Made by a program: the position numbers and the translations under genes. The notes below the pieces were generated by a model that did no database searches, was not told the DNA's origin, and saw nothing but the letters and a program-made list of their open reading frames with translations. Source: Priapulus caudatus (lineage: Eukaryota). From it: a DNA stretch of 50,471 nucleotides. Numbering within the stretch: position 1 is the first letter of the stretch; every line of letters starts with the position of its first letter. Below, in pieces: positions 1-13,509 of the stretch. The stretch lies in assembly GCF_000485595.1 (NCBI RefSeq), contig NW_014577091.1, positions 310,788 to 361,258 of the forward strand. The letters run 5' to 3'.

Positions 1-925
1 GCCTTGCCGCGGAACTGCGCTCAGCCCTTCGGGTCAACACCTCCTTTCGGCAACGCTTCTCTAGTATCCCGTCTCATCTGGTTTACCTGTAGTTACCTGT
101 TTCAATTTCATCCTGGGGAGAACCCTAAGCCAATATTGGTAACTCTCAGCTGCCAGTTTGACCTGCTGCTACGAGTCCACCATACTGCTACACGCTTCCC
201 TTAATTCCTATATGGAATGGCACTGTCCAGTTTGAAACGCAGCTGATCAAAATTTCTTTCCTTACTATGTTAAAAACGGAACGAAGTTTCTATTCGGTCC
301 GTTGGGCCATAACCTACAAATATTGTATTTTAGTTCTAACCACTTAGCTATTTAAATCATTGATCAAACTAATATTTACTCTTCTCCGAATATCTTGAAC
401 ACACGCGCGCACACATGCTCGTACGCACGCGCGCTCGTACGCACACACCCGCATGCGCAAGGAAATATTTGCTACAGAAGAGAATGAATTATATCTACTG
501 TATATACGGAAGGAAGACACAGACAGAGCAGGGATTACCTACTTGACACCTAAATGAAAATAGAATTTTAAAACGCAGATAATAGAGACCTAGCTCTGTC
601 AGCACAGCCCCTGCTATCTCGCGACAGGGGCTACACTGGTACTGGTAGAGCTAATGGGGACTAACTTGTTTTGTTGTGCTGTGCATTAATTGTTTGGAGA
701 TGCAGCTATCCTTTGCAACCAATACTTTGCTGTCACTTCACTACAAACTGCATCTGTTTACAGGACAGATTAAAACATGATAAATGGCCGAAATAAATTC
801 AACAAGTTGGTCCCGCTCCTTGGTCACCCAGTGGTCAAGATCCTAGATCGCCCACTACTAGTCCTTCGACTTCTTTTGTTGGCTGTTGTGCTTCCTCGTT
901 TAGCCTAAACATTTGTACTATACTA

Positions 926-1080
926 AGGGCCGTAGCTAGCGGGAGAAGGTGGGGGGAGGGGGGCAGTTGCGCCCCCATGAGAAATGTAGACATTTTAATC
1001 AATGATGGTCAATGGTGTTCACCTTTCGAGAACACAACACGCGGCTTTGCCCTCACGCAAAAAGGGTTAGCTACTCTCCT
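926..1080. mobile_element. Decayed hAT-like MITE
   Basis: Imperfect TIRs agggccgtagcta...tagctactctcct with a G-rich subterminal block like other MITEs in this window. Confidence 0.4.
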
Positions 1081-1479
1081 AATCCCTACGCTTAGACCAG
1101 TCAGAAATCTCGGTTGGTAACCTGCAAATTTGGTTATGTAAAACATTCATCATTAATTCAGTTTATCATGTCACTTCTCTTCAGTTCAATCTTCAGTTTT
1201 AATCGTTGAGTTGGCATATATAACTATGTCGTTATTTGATTACTAAACCCTGATGTAATTATACACACAAAGGCACAAATATGCACAAAATAAAAAGTTT
1301 TCTTTAAATGTTTGTGTAAAATTACACTAATCTTTAATTGCATGTTTATCGATGTCCAGCATTATAGAGACACTAATGTAGTTAGCTACTATAGACAGCT
1401 ATTGCCCAATATGGATACCGGTATATATACGGAGCGTTATGTGCAATGCCAATGTGCTACAAAATTAAGAGGAACGTAA

Positions 1480-2460
1480 TGCAACAGAATTTATACTATA
1501 TAGCAACATTCTACAAAATGTTATCATTATACGATTGGTTATTGATTAGTTAATAAAAAATATTGCTACGTATTACTGTCATCCTTTATTCACGATTTGG
1601 GAGAGATTAGAGCGGTTAACTCTAATGGACAGTTATGGACAGTTGTCTATTGGTCAATATTTGTCGACTATGTTGATGGATCTTTAATTACCACTATAAG
1701 GAATCATTCAAACATTTAAAAAAATTTCCATGTTTGTACGGACTGGTTTAGTGAAACGTTTAGGGCCAATTGTGGATACATTTGTGAGATATAATGGTGC
1801 ATATAGTCAGGGTGCCCTGTGTTCTTCGATGCAATGAGTAACCATCTTAATCTTAGTTACTCATATACAACTTAAGATCATCCCATGAGTGGATTCCAGC
1901 GTAATAAATGGTGATTATTAACTTATACTCAGCGAACATATGTACCTTTAACATGCTGTAATATTACCTGTGTAAAAACCATTTGAAATGAATATTACGG
2001 ATTGATTATATGTATTTTCGTGTATCTCATAGAGCGAAGATTGGTCGATTTAAACAACAATTCGTGAATGCAGCAGTAACACTATATCTATCCTAATTGC
2101 ATGGCACTTTTTGTCGATTGTTAACTATTATGCATACGAATGGATAGCCTTCCTCCAGTGCATCAATCTCATTGTGCCATCCTCAACATTCCGTGCAGGA
2201 AGTTTCCAATTACACAGTGAAACAAGTAACAACCATGTTGAATACCGATTACCACTGCTGTGCTTGTGGAGAATAATGGGCTTAAAGGTTTCATTTGTGA
2301 TTAAATCACATCGTGTTGACAATTGCTTTTGACATATTTGTATTAAAGATTAACATACTCCAGTTTTGAGCATTATTTCAAGGTAAAACAGGTTATTAAT
2401 AATCGTACATTCGTCATTTCTTTACTGTTGCACATCAATGTAGAATGCGTAAAATTCTGG
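1480..2460 (+). mobile_element. Highly decayed CR1/L2-type LINE RT fragment
   Basis: Frameshifted remnants resembling DWF..., FVRYNGAYS and GVP (about 1740-1825), with no intact ORF. Confidence 0.3.
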
Positions 2461-3330
2461 GGGCCGTTTCACGAAGCGCTCGTTAAGTTAGTGATGGGTT
2501 AAAGAGGGGTTTTAGGATATCCTTATACATAGTGTTTCATGAAAGCCTCGCTAAGTTTCCACGTTTCACAAACGTCTCGCTAACTCAACGACGTTGCTAT
2601 TAAAGAGGAGACAGTACTTCGGCTATCGTACAGCAAGCAACGCGAGATTTCCCGCGTGTTTTCATTGTTTTGGCAAGCCGTAGTGTAAGCGAAAACCCGC
2701 CGAGAAGGTAACTTCTCTGTGTCTACGAGAATACTGTGCAAGGCCTGTGAAGGCATGACGCGCAGGGGTTAAGTGTGGCTAAGAAGATTCTTAATGTGGT
2801 AACAGATTTTGAAGAGATGAAATGCTTCCTTGCACCTTACATGTGCTTCGGCTGTTCGTGTATGTAATTACTGTATCCTATGGCGCCAATACTGTATCAA
2901 AGTAAACGTAAATCTAAACCTTCAGAATTTATGTTACATTTTTGTTCAGTCAACACGTCATTTGTGGTAGTTCTAGTTGCAGGAAATATGACAACCTTGC
3001 TTTAGTTTAATTATTTCTAAGGTAGCTTGGCATTTAAACAATCTTTAACACGTATTCCCTTTTTAGTTTGCACTGCTGTTGTACGTACATTTATTTTATT
3101 AAAACTAAATGACGACGGAGATTAGCGTAGAAATCACAGTAACGGGGCGTTTGCTATCGCCACGGGCGTGAGGAAAGTACCGGCAATGGCGTGGCAGCAC
3201 TAGTGTTAGGAGATTACGGGTTAGGAATTCAGGGTTAGGGTTAGGGTAGGCATTAGGGTTAGAGTAGAGTACTACATAAAGAGTACCTATCTTATGTAGA
3301 ATTTCGTCTGATTTTGTAATGAAATCTATC

Positions 3331-4736
3331 GGGGCGCCAAGTGCTACATGGAGGTACGTGCGTGTACCCTCGGTGTGAGCTAGACGCGAATAATTTTGTC
3401 CCATATACCTTGTTTCATTTTCGGGTGAGGGGTTATATTGGGACAAGAACGGGGTTTCATTCGAATTTCGTGAGAATCGGATGCTAAATGCATGCGCTGA
3501 GAATGCGGCCCGTACCCGCTATTGGCGCGCCGAAAAACCTTACCGTTCGTCTTCTACATGGCTTTACCTGTTGCTACCGCTGATATGTGTATACCATTCA
3601 CGTTCAATCGTTATTCGACTTCTATAAAAGATTGTTTTTCATACAACACCCGACGGGTCCGCTTCTCGTTCATACTTTCCTAATTACACTCGGCCATTTT
3701 TTACAAACCAATCCGAGACCAATCACAGTGAGTCTATCCAGGCCTCCTGCACCAGTGCCGGCTACACGCATGACACCCGAGAACCAGACCAGGTTCATTG
3801 TAAACCTCGGCTCTGATTGGTGCTGATTGTTTGTAAATGCGATGTCCATTTAGGAATTTGAAACGAAGCGGTGTTTATGAAAAACAAATCTAAGTAAGAA
3901 GTGAAATAACGAATTTGACAGTGAAGCTGTATACATCATATCAGTGCCAATGGTAAACACCACTGTAGAAGGCAGATAGGTAGGTGCTTTTTTCGCGGCG
4001 CATGATCAACGGCGTACGGGCCGCATTCTCAGCCGCATGCATTCTTGCACTGCGATCTCACGAAATGTTCAATAACCCGACGCTCTCTGTCCCAAGTATA
4101 AGCCTCACCAAAAATCTATAACCAAAAGTTTATCTGGGACATAATTTATCGGTCCTATACATACCGCTGCTACGGGTCGGCGTGTACGACCCGGCAGCAG
4201 TTGTACCGCTCGTGTACGTGCGTGTATCTGCCGTTACCGTCCACCGTGCGTGTCCCCAGCGGGTTACCGCGTGTCGCTGGCTGTGCTGCGTGTATCTCTC
4301 TTCCGTGTACGTGGGTGTACGTGGCGATGTACCCGCGTGTACGCGCGTGTATCTCCGTTGTAGCCCGCGTGTATCGTGCGTGTACGTGCGTGTATCTTCG
4401 TGTACCCCGCGTACACGTGCGCTGTCCACGGCCGCGTGTAACGTGCGTGTATGTCCGTGACCCGCGGTCACGCTCGACGTACGCCGGTACAGCGCACGTG
4501 ACCGCCGGTACCCGCACACACTACACGCGGGTAACAGCATGTGCACGCGGTACACGCACGTGCACGCGGTACACGCAGTTGGTCACGCGGGTACACTCGT
4601 ATGGCGGTACGGCGGCGGTACACGTACGTACACGCGGTACACACACGTGCACGCGGGTAACGGCACGTGACACGCGGGTACACGCACGTGCACCGCGGCG
4701 GTACACGCACGTACCCCATGCTACACTTAGCGCCCC
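3331..4736. mobile_element. TIR element carrying a GTAC/GCAC-rich minisatellite
   Basis: Left ggggcgccaagtgctacatggaggtacgtgcgtgtacc versus right ggtacacgcacgtaccccatgctacacttagcgcccc; internal degenerate cgcgtgtac repeats at 4170-4715. Confidence 0.65.
3388..4150. mobile_element. Foldback (long-TIR) element nested in the previous element
   Basis: About 3390-3730 is an indel-rich inverted copy of about 3810-4150 (e.g. gctgagaatgcggcccgtac / gtacgggccgcattctcagc). Confidence 0.7.
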
Positions 4737-4739
4737 AGA

Positions 4740-5870
4740 TTTTTTACCAAATCATTTGATTTTCATAACGAAATAAGTCATACCCGGCGACGCACTGGCG
4801 CGCGCGGGCGCCGCCAAGTGTAGCATATTTCGTAACGAATATACTCGGCAGTAGCTGATTTCTTACCGAACTCACTACGCAGTAGCTGATTTCGGTAACG
4901 AAATCACTCCGCAGTATTGGATTTCGTAACGAAATTGCACTTTGTGAGAGCTTGATTTCGCTTACGAATTCCCATGATTTATGTAAACCGAAATCAGTTC
5001 ATTCGCGAACACTTGGCACGCACCGGCACAGCCTAGTGTAGGCATGATTTCGTAACGACATCACTCGCAGTACTGATTTCGTAACGCAAATCACTCGGCA
5101 ATAGCTGATTTCGTAACGAAATCACCTTTGAAGGACTTGATTTCGTTAACGAAATCACTTTTGAAGACCTTGATTTTTCGTTATGAATCAAATGATTTTG
5201 TAATCGAAATCAAGTCATGCGAACTTGGAGCGCGGACCGGCGCGCCAAGTGTCGCAATGATTTCGTAATAGAATCACTCCGCCGTAGCTGATTTCGTAAC
5301 GAAATCGACCGGGGGCTGCACGCGCCACTCGCGCAGTAGCCTGAATCTTCGTGAACGAAATTCCAGCTCGCGAGGTAGGTTCGATTTCGTAACGAACTCA
5401 CCTTTGTAAGACTTGATTTCGTTAGCGAAATCAAATGATTTTGTAACGAAATAAGTCAGTAGCCGGACACTTGGCACGCCGGCCCGTCCGGTCCGTAGTG
5501 TACGCTATGATTTCGTAACGAAATCAGCTCGCCAAGTAGCTGATTTCGTAACGCCCAATCAACGTCGCAATAGCCTGATTCGTCAACGAAAATCACTTGG
5601 ACTTGATTTCGTTAGCGAAATCATCTTGTGAAGACTTGATTTCGTTATGAAAGTAATGTTTTTTGTAACGAATCCAAAGTCATCGGCGCGCCACTTGCGG
5701 CGCCGGCGGCCGCCAAAGTGTCGCATTATTTCGTTATATGAAGAATCCAACTCGCAGTAGCTTCGATGTTCGTAGCGAAATCACTGCAGCTAGCTGATTT
5801 CGTACGAAATGCAACTCGGCAGTAGTTTGATTTCGTACGAAATCACTTTTGTAGACTTGATTTCGTCAAA
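4740..5870. repeat. Degenerate higher-order array of the 30-bp palindromic minisatellite
   Basis: Many TGATTTCGTAACGAAATCA variants, punctuated about every 220-245 bp by cacttggcgc...gcgccaagtg junctions. Confidence 0.85.
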
Positions 5871-8800
5871 CATCAGTGCATGGCCGACACGTTGCGGCCC
5901 ACATACTCCAGACGTCAGGCAGGGGATTAAAAGGACTTTGGGGCAGTCTGCTAGATGGAAGGAAAACAAGTACGAGAAAAAACATCATTGGGTCAGGAGG
6001 CACTAGACAGCCACCTGAGTTGCGCTATACAACTCAAAATAGTGTTTACGAACCAAACTTCAATTGGATTCGTCCTTTATAGCCACGACCATGATAACAA
6101 AATATTTTTAGACATAAGGCCGTCTAATCATTTAATATATACTTGCCTATTGATCTGAACATGTTTGCTAACGTTAACTCTTATCTCTAACACACAGCGC
6201 ACAGGTTCTCATAATACTTACACTAAAATGTTAAAATATGTTCCTTTGTCACTCAATAATCAATACGTTTCTATATACACACCCGTCCTGATTTGCTACC
6301 GTTTGGGGTTTCAAAATTGCGGGTTAGCCATAGGCAAGACGGAGCAGGCAATATAATTGAACCAATACATTGAGCTATTAAACGCCAAGCAAAGACTCTT
6401 CATAAATGGCCTTATTAAGCGTCGATTTGCAATGCTAGTAGCTACCGAGAGTACAATACGCCTACACCCAACTCCGGACCCCGCGGTACCGCGCCTCATC
6501 TTCTCTTGCACGACTCATCGATTTTCTGTTGGCCAATGCACGCGTAGCAGAGAGAGAGGCACACGCACTCGCATGGGCTGTTCACCATTCAGGAAATATA
6601 CGCGTATATTTGACACGCAGGAAACTGAGCAGCCGCTGTACTCCAGCAGACATGAATGAATATAAATATGCCGTTTGCTGGATAGCGCAGATTAACAATA
6701 AGACAAAGTGATTTGTGGGAAGCTGCAGGCGGGCCTTCCTATCGCTGGTCGAAAGTGTAACTGCCAGCTGCCTAAGCTCATATTACCAGGGAAATTGTAT
6801 TCTCGCGCCCTGGATCGTTAGATGACGTCACTACGAATGAGTAGATGTTAAAGATGTTCACTTATCTGAGAAAGGTGTTACTTGATAAGCAAGTAATACA
6901 AATACCCAATTCTTACAATGTAGGCGAGCTCGCGTATCAGCTACAGTTCAAGTCGACTATACTTGCGGGGTTTGTGGTACGTTTTATAAGTCATCAAATA
7001 TCGAGTATCTCACGGTACGTCTGTTAAATACCGGTATCTCTACTGCAAAGAAATATATTTCTAAAGAAAGAGAGTGACAATCTTTATTTAATTTTTTCAA
7101 CCTTTTTCCAGAAATTGCTTTATTTTCCTGTAAATAATGCTGTCAGCAGCATCAACACTGGTCCAACTGCACGCTTTTTTAAAAATCCAAGTTTAAATAT
7201 GAAAGTAGAATGGGCTTTGGGAGTGTAAAATCCGTAAAACCAGATTGGTATCAATATACTACGCCTGTAATACTTAGATAATTCAATTCAAATTAAAAAC
7301 CGTCTTACGTTTACTTCCTAAAAGCTGATAGTGGAATGGAAAACTGAATATTGAATTCTTTATATTTGATGCTAGTACTAGCGCTGCAGAACGCAAGTGC
7401 TCGCTGGTCTGAGCCACCGGCTTGTAAAGAGCTACTGGTCCACCCAACACTACGACACCCCACCTTCTGCAACAGTCTACTGTCCAACAACACTACACAC
7501 CCCACCGCTGCAACAGCTACTGTTCCACTCAACACTACTCACCCACCGCTGTAATCTATCTACTGTTCCACCAACAGCCTGGCGCTACACACCCACCCGC
7601 TCGGCAACAGCTACTAGTCCACACACACTATCACACGCCACTGCTGGCAACTTGCGTCACATGCTGCTGAGATGACCGTAACATTGCTTTCCCCCCCTTC
7701 CTTGATCTTTGACTTCAGTTTCTGAGGTTTTGTAGCGAAGCAAGACGTCAGACAACTGCTCCTGCTATTCCTACTGATTAGCTGTATCTGACTATGAGTA
7801 TGACTATATGACTAACAGTACTGTGTAAAAGCTAAACCGAGATAGCGAAACCTGATCTGTATCAGTGCATGCAGTCATGGCCAGATTCTTCGTCACAAAA
7901 AGCACGACAAATATTTTAGTAGAGTTGTTCTTCTTTCTCCGACATTGAACCAATTCTCGTACGGTGGGCCCTACTTTAACTGCTAAGGAGACTGAAAAAT
8001 ATATTTGAAGCAGTCTGCTCGAGGGAAGTATCTTTGTTCATAGGTGATGCTGTAAAAAAAAACGGATATGTAAGAACGAGAACAGTTCAGCGGGATTATC
8101 AAACAAAACGTGCAACCAAATTTCTATTTAATGTTTACAGAGAATTAAACACCATTTTCCCGGTCAAGTTACTAATGAGATCACCGAAAATGAAGCTCGA
8201 TAACACAGTCCTTCACAATATTTATGGTGCTAAGACAATTACAGAATTTCCATGAGGCATGAGCGAACCGTATACTCACATACTGGTTACTTCCCCCCTT
8301 CGCCCCACTGCTACTCGCACTCAACATTATTATGGGTACGGTGTCCGGCCAGTACATAATACACACAAACGTGAGCGGAAAACAATATTTTGCACAGCGC
8401 CTGCTATTGTAATAGAATTTGTCGCCAACTTTATTCATTTATAAATTTACTCATTTATACCATAAAATTCCGTTTTCCGAAGCGCCACACTTCTCTTTCT
8501 AAGACTACTCACCGTGCTGCATAAATTAGGGCGAATAGCCGATCAACGGTGTGATGCTCCCTCACCTATATATAGCTGGATTACGAAGACTAGATCTTTG
8601 AATCACAAATTGGCTGACACAGGTGTCATTGAATTCGAATCATTGCAGACATTTTCTAAATGGCATACCGTAATCCAATACGCAAGCCGTAATAATAACC
8701 GTAGCTATTTTCTTGATCTTAATCCTTAAAATCTTGAACCTTCGTTATTACATTTACGACACTACATACGTGCTAAAATGGCACGCACACTGGTCCGCCC

Positions 8801-9593
8801 CACGCTCCACATAAAACCACGGTTCAAAATGTCGTCGGAAGCTGAAATTACTAGCAAACTAGAATTCGCAAATTCTTTGTAATTCTGCCTACCGTAATTT
8901 ATATTCTGTGAGTCCACCAACGAATTTATCAAATTTGTCTACTTCGCATGACGGTATATAACGTATATACGAAGTGCAGACCGCGTGCCCGTCTTTAATC
9001 GCGCCGTGCTTCGATACACCGTCTTAATCTGTCCCGATTAAAACCAGTGAACGGCGTATAACATGTATCTCTATATTGTGCTCTGATTGTCACATACACC
9101 GGTACATTTGTTTTTTGAAGATACATTTATATGTCGTTTAGACGTGGTGACCGTTATCCGAGGCCCGACAAAGAAGGAGCCATGTTAGTCAAGTGTATGA
9201 AATACGCCAAAAACTACTCAAACTTGCACTCTCTGACAAACTAAAGTTATTGTACACCTAACCACTGCTATTTGACGAGATACGCGTTGGCGTGTCCTCC
9301 ATTGTTGGACACGTTCAGTATGATAGGCTGCAACGCTGGTACTGGCATGGATCCTGCTGTCACCAGGGACCAAGGTTCAATGACCCCCCGCCACCAAAAC
9401 ATATATCTACGTTTCTCACCGATTTTATTCACTTGTTCACATGCAAGATGGGATCAAACATTTCACCCGCTGGGGCGCGCATAGGTTTATCAATTGATAG
9501 CACATCGATGTACATAAATCCCCTGCTATGCTTCTTCCCACATGAGTAGAAATAACAGAACAGACATGNNNNNNNNNNNNNNNNNNNNNNNNN

Positions 9594-9890
9594 GAAATCA
9601 CTCGCAGTAGCTGATTTCGTAACGAAATCACTCGCAGTAGCTGATTTCGTAACGAAATCACTCGCAGTAGCTGATTTCGTAACGAAATCACTCGCAGTAG
9701 TTGATTTCGTAACGAAATCACTCGCAGTAGCTGATTTCGTAACGAAATCACTCGCAGTAGTTGATTTCGTAACGAAATCACTTTGTAGACTTGATTTCGT
9801 AACGAAATCACTTTGTAGACTTGATTTCGTAACGAAATCACTTTGTAGACTTGATTTCGTCAAAATCAGTCATGCGACACTTGGCGCCCC
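9594..9890. repeat. 30-bp tandem minisatellite with 19-bp palindromic core, ending in a TIR
   Basis: About 9 units of TGATTTCGT-A-ACGAAATCA plus an 11-bp linker (CTCGCAGTAG[C/T] x6, CTTTGTAGACT x3), followed by catgcgacacttggcgcccc. Confidence 0.95.
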
Positions 9891-11299
9891 ATACTCAGAC
9901 AGTCAGGCAGGGGGATCAAAAGGACTTTGGGGGCAGTCTGCTAGAGGAAGGAAAACATACGAGAAAAAAAATCATTAGGGCTGCAGGAGGGCACTAGACA
10001 GCCACTGAGTGCGCTATAAACTCAAATAGTGTTTACGAAAACAAAACTTCATGGGATTGTCCTTTATGCACGACCATGATAACAAAATGTTTAGAATAAG
10101 CCGTTAATCATTTAATATATACTTGCCTATTGATCTGAACATGTTTGCTAACGTTAACTCTTATCTCTACACACAGGTCTCATATATTACACTAAAATGT
10201 TAAAATATGTTTCTTTGTCACTCAATAATAATACGTTTTCTCAGTCTGATTTTGCTACCGTTTGGTTACAAAATTGCGTGGTTAGCAGGCAAGAGCAGCA
10301 ATATAATTGAACCAATACATTTTGAGTATTAAACCAAGCAAAGAGCTCTTCATAAATGCCATTAGACGTCATTAATGCTAGTAGCTACCGAGTACAATAC
10401 GCTACACGCCAACTCCCGGCCCGCGGGTACCCGCCTCATTTCTTGCACGACTCATCGATTTTCTGTTGCCATGCACGCGTACAGAGAGAGAGGCACACGC
10501 ACTCGCATGCTGGGTTCTACCATTCAGGAATATACCGTATATTTGACACGCAGAATGACAGCGCTGTTACCACAGACATGAATAATATAATAGCCGTTTG
10601 CTGGAAGCGCAGATTAACAATAAGAACAAAGTGATTTTTGTGAGATGCAAGGGGCCTTCCTATCGCTGGTCGAAATGTAACTGCACAGCTGCTCTTACTC
10701 ATATTACCAAGGGAAATTGTATGCTCGCGCCCTCGTTTAGATGACGTCACTACCAATGAGTATGTTAAAATGTTCATATTTGCTGAGAAAGTGTTCTGAA
10801 AGCAGTAACACAAGTAAATTTAAATGTAGCGAGCTCGCGGTACAGCTACAGTTACACACTATACTTGCGGGGTTGTGGTACTTTATAGTCATGCAAATAT
10901 GAGTATTCTCACCGTATCTGTTAAGACCGTATCTCTTACTGAAAAAGAAATAATTTCTAAAGAAAAGAAGACAATCTTTATTTAAATTTCTTCAACCTTT
11001 TTCAGAAATTGCTTTATTTTCTGTAAAATAATGCTGTCAGGGCATCAACACTGGTCAACTGCAGCAGCTTTAAAAAAATCCAAGTTAAATTGCGTAGAAT
11101 GGCTTTTGCGGAGTGTAAATTCCGAAAACCAGATTGGGTATCAATATACCTACGGCCTGTAATACTTAATAATTCATACAATGAAAAACGTACTACATTT
11201 ACTTCCTAAAGCTGATAGTGGAATGGAAACTTAAATATTGGAATTCTTTATATTTGATCTAGTACGTAGTGCTGCAGAACGCAAGTGCTCGCTCGTCTG

Positions 11300-11485
11300 A
11301 GGCCACCGCTGCAACATCTACTGCCCACCAACACTACACACCCACCGCTGTAACATCTACTGTCCACCAACACTACACACCCACCGCTGTAACAGCTACT
11401 GTCCACCAACACTACACTCCCACCGCTGTAACAGCTACTGTCCACCAACACTACACACCCACTGCTGCGACTGCGTCAACTGCTG
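11300..11485. repeat. 39-bp minisatellite (noisier counterpart at about 7425-7660)
   Basis: Unit ctactgtccaccaacactacacacccaccgctgtaaca(t/g), about 4-5 copies. Confidence 0.85.
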
Positions 11486-13201
11486 CTGATGACCGTAACA
11501 TCTTTCCCCCCTTCCTTGATCTTTGACTTTCAGTTCTGAGGTTTTGTACGACAAGACTGCTATTCTACTATAGCTGTATCTGACTATGAGTATGACTATA
11601 TGACTATAAGTACTGTGTAAAAGTAAACGAGAATAGCGAAACTGATGTCATCAGTGCCATGCAGTCATGGCAGATTCGTCACAAAAACACGACAAATATT
11701 TAGTAATTAGTTTTTTTCTTCTCCACATTGAACAATCTCGTACATGCCTTACTAACCGCTGAGGAGACTGAAAAATATATTTTGAAGCAGTTCCTGCTCG
11801 AGGGAAGTATCTTGTTCAGGTGATGCTGTAAAAAACCGATATGTAAGAACGAGAACAAGTTCAGGGGATATCAAACAAAACGTGCAACCAATTTCTATTT
11901 AATGTTTACAGAGAATTAAACACATTTTCCGGTCATTACCTTAATGATACCAAATGGAAGTCGATAAACACATCATTCACAATATTTATGTGCTAAGACA
12001 CATTACAGAATTTCATGAGCATGAGCGAACCGTATACTCACATACTGTACTTCTCCACTGCTACTCGCACTCAAACATTATTATACGGTGTCACGCCAGT
12101 ACATAATAGACAAAACGTGAGCGAAAACAATATTTTGCAACGCCTGCTATTGTAACTAGAATTTACCAACTTTATAACTTATAATTTACTCATTTATACC
12201 ATAAAATCCCGTTTTCCGAAGCACACTTCTTTTCCAAGACTATACGGTGCTGCATAAATTAGCAATAGGCGATCACGTGTGATCTCCTCACCTACAGTGG
12301 ATTAGAAAGCACCTAATTTTGAATCCCAAATTGGCTGACACAGGTGGTCATTGGATTAATCATTGAACATTTTCTAAATGGCATACCGTAATAAATAGCC
12401 AACCGTAATAATAACCGTATATTTTGATCTTAATCTTAAGATCTTGAACCTTGTTATACATTACGAACTACATACGCTAAAAATGCACGCACGCACGCAC
12501 GCACGCACCTGGTCCGCCCCCACGCACACACATAAACCACGGTTCAAAATTCGCAATTAAATTACTAGCAAATAGAATTCGACAATTCTTGTAATTCTGC
12601 TACCTGAAATTTATATTTGTGAGTCCACCACGAATTTATCAAATTTGTCTATTCATACGTATATACGTATATAAAGTGCATGGTGCCCTCTTTATCGGAC
12701 GTGCTCGATAACCCTTAAAATGTCCCGATTAAAACCAGTGAACGCGTATAACATGTACTCTATTATGTGCTCTTGATGTACATACACCGGTACATTGTTT
12801 TTTGAAGATACATTTATATGTCGTTTACGTGGTGTACCCGTTTATCCGAGGCCCGACAAAGAAGGGACTACTGTTAGCAAGTGTATGAAATCCCAAAAAA
12901 GTTTATGTACACTAAACCACTGCTATTACGACCGTGCCGTGTCCATTTGAAACGTTAGTGATAGGCTGCAACCTGGTACTCTGCTGTCACCAGAGACCTA
13001 GGTTCAATGCACCCCACCCCCAAAAACATATATTCTACAGTTTCTCACCGATTTTATTCACTTGGTTCACATGCAGTCAAACACACAATTATAGAACATC
13101 GATGTAATTAAATACCCGCTATGCTTGCTTCCAACATATAGAAATACACAGAACAGACATGTACTACAAACTACCATTCAAGCATAATTATATCTAGTAT
13201 T

Positions 13202-13509
13202 TAGTGGTTCCCAACCTTTTCACCACGAAGGACACCTTTTATTTAAATTAAATTTCCCACGGACCCCTTTCTCGATGGAAGCAGCCGCTAGGCTATTTTA
13301 TAGCTGAAACATCTACCTCGCGCAAACAATGTTTCCATACCGAGTTGATAACATTACAGCCAAGAACAACGAAACATGAAAATTTGAGTTTATCTTTAAC
13401 TGCCTTATCGTGAATAACAATACATTTTACGCTGGAGCCTCTTGCAATTCTGAACTTAGCTCACGGACCCACAAGACTACTTTTGCGGACCTCAGGTTGG
13501 GAACCATTC
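13202..13509. mobile_element. hAT/Charlie-like MITE
   Basis: TIRs (ta)gtggttcccaacct ... aggttgggaacca; CTAG-containing flanks. Confidence 0.7.

Larger units (their letters stand above)
5800..13161 (+). repeat. Tandem duplication (about 5800-9568 versus 9594-13161) across a 25-N gap
   Basis: Colinear copies differing mostly by 1-2 bp indels; copy A ends at the gap with cagaacagacatg, matching 13149-13161. Confidence 0.92.

Noticed and set aside
3218..3262. Telomere or interstitial telomeric site
   Set aside because: Only a few degenerate TTAGGG units, as also at about 50320-50340, typical of repeat interiors.
4130..4776. Overlapping 61-191 aa ORFs
   Set aside because: Products of a stop-poor GTAC/GCAC minisatellite; no domain signal.
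9594..9860. CRISPR array
   Set aside because: Linkers are only 11 bp and are themselves repeated; there are no cas genes, the context is eukaryotic, and the array ends in a transposon-like TIR.
7351..11526. Thr/His-rich repeat peptides (7351-7554, 11269-11526) as a secreted mucin-like protein
   Set aside because: They arise from a 39-bp minisatellite, and the reading frame is not preserved between the two copies.
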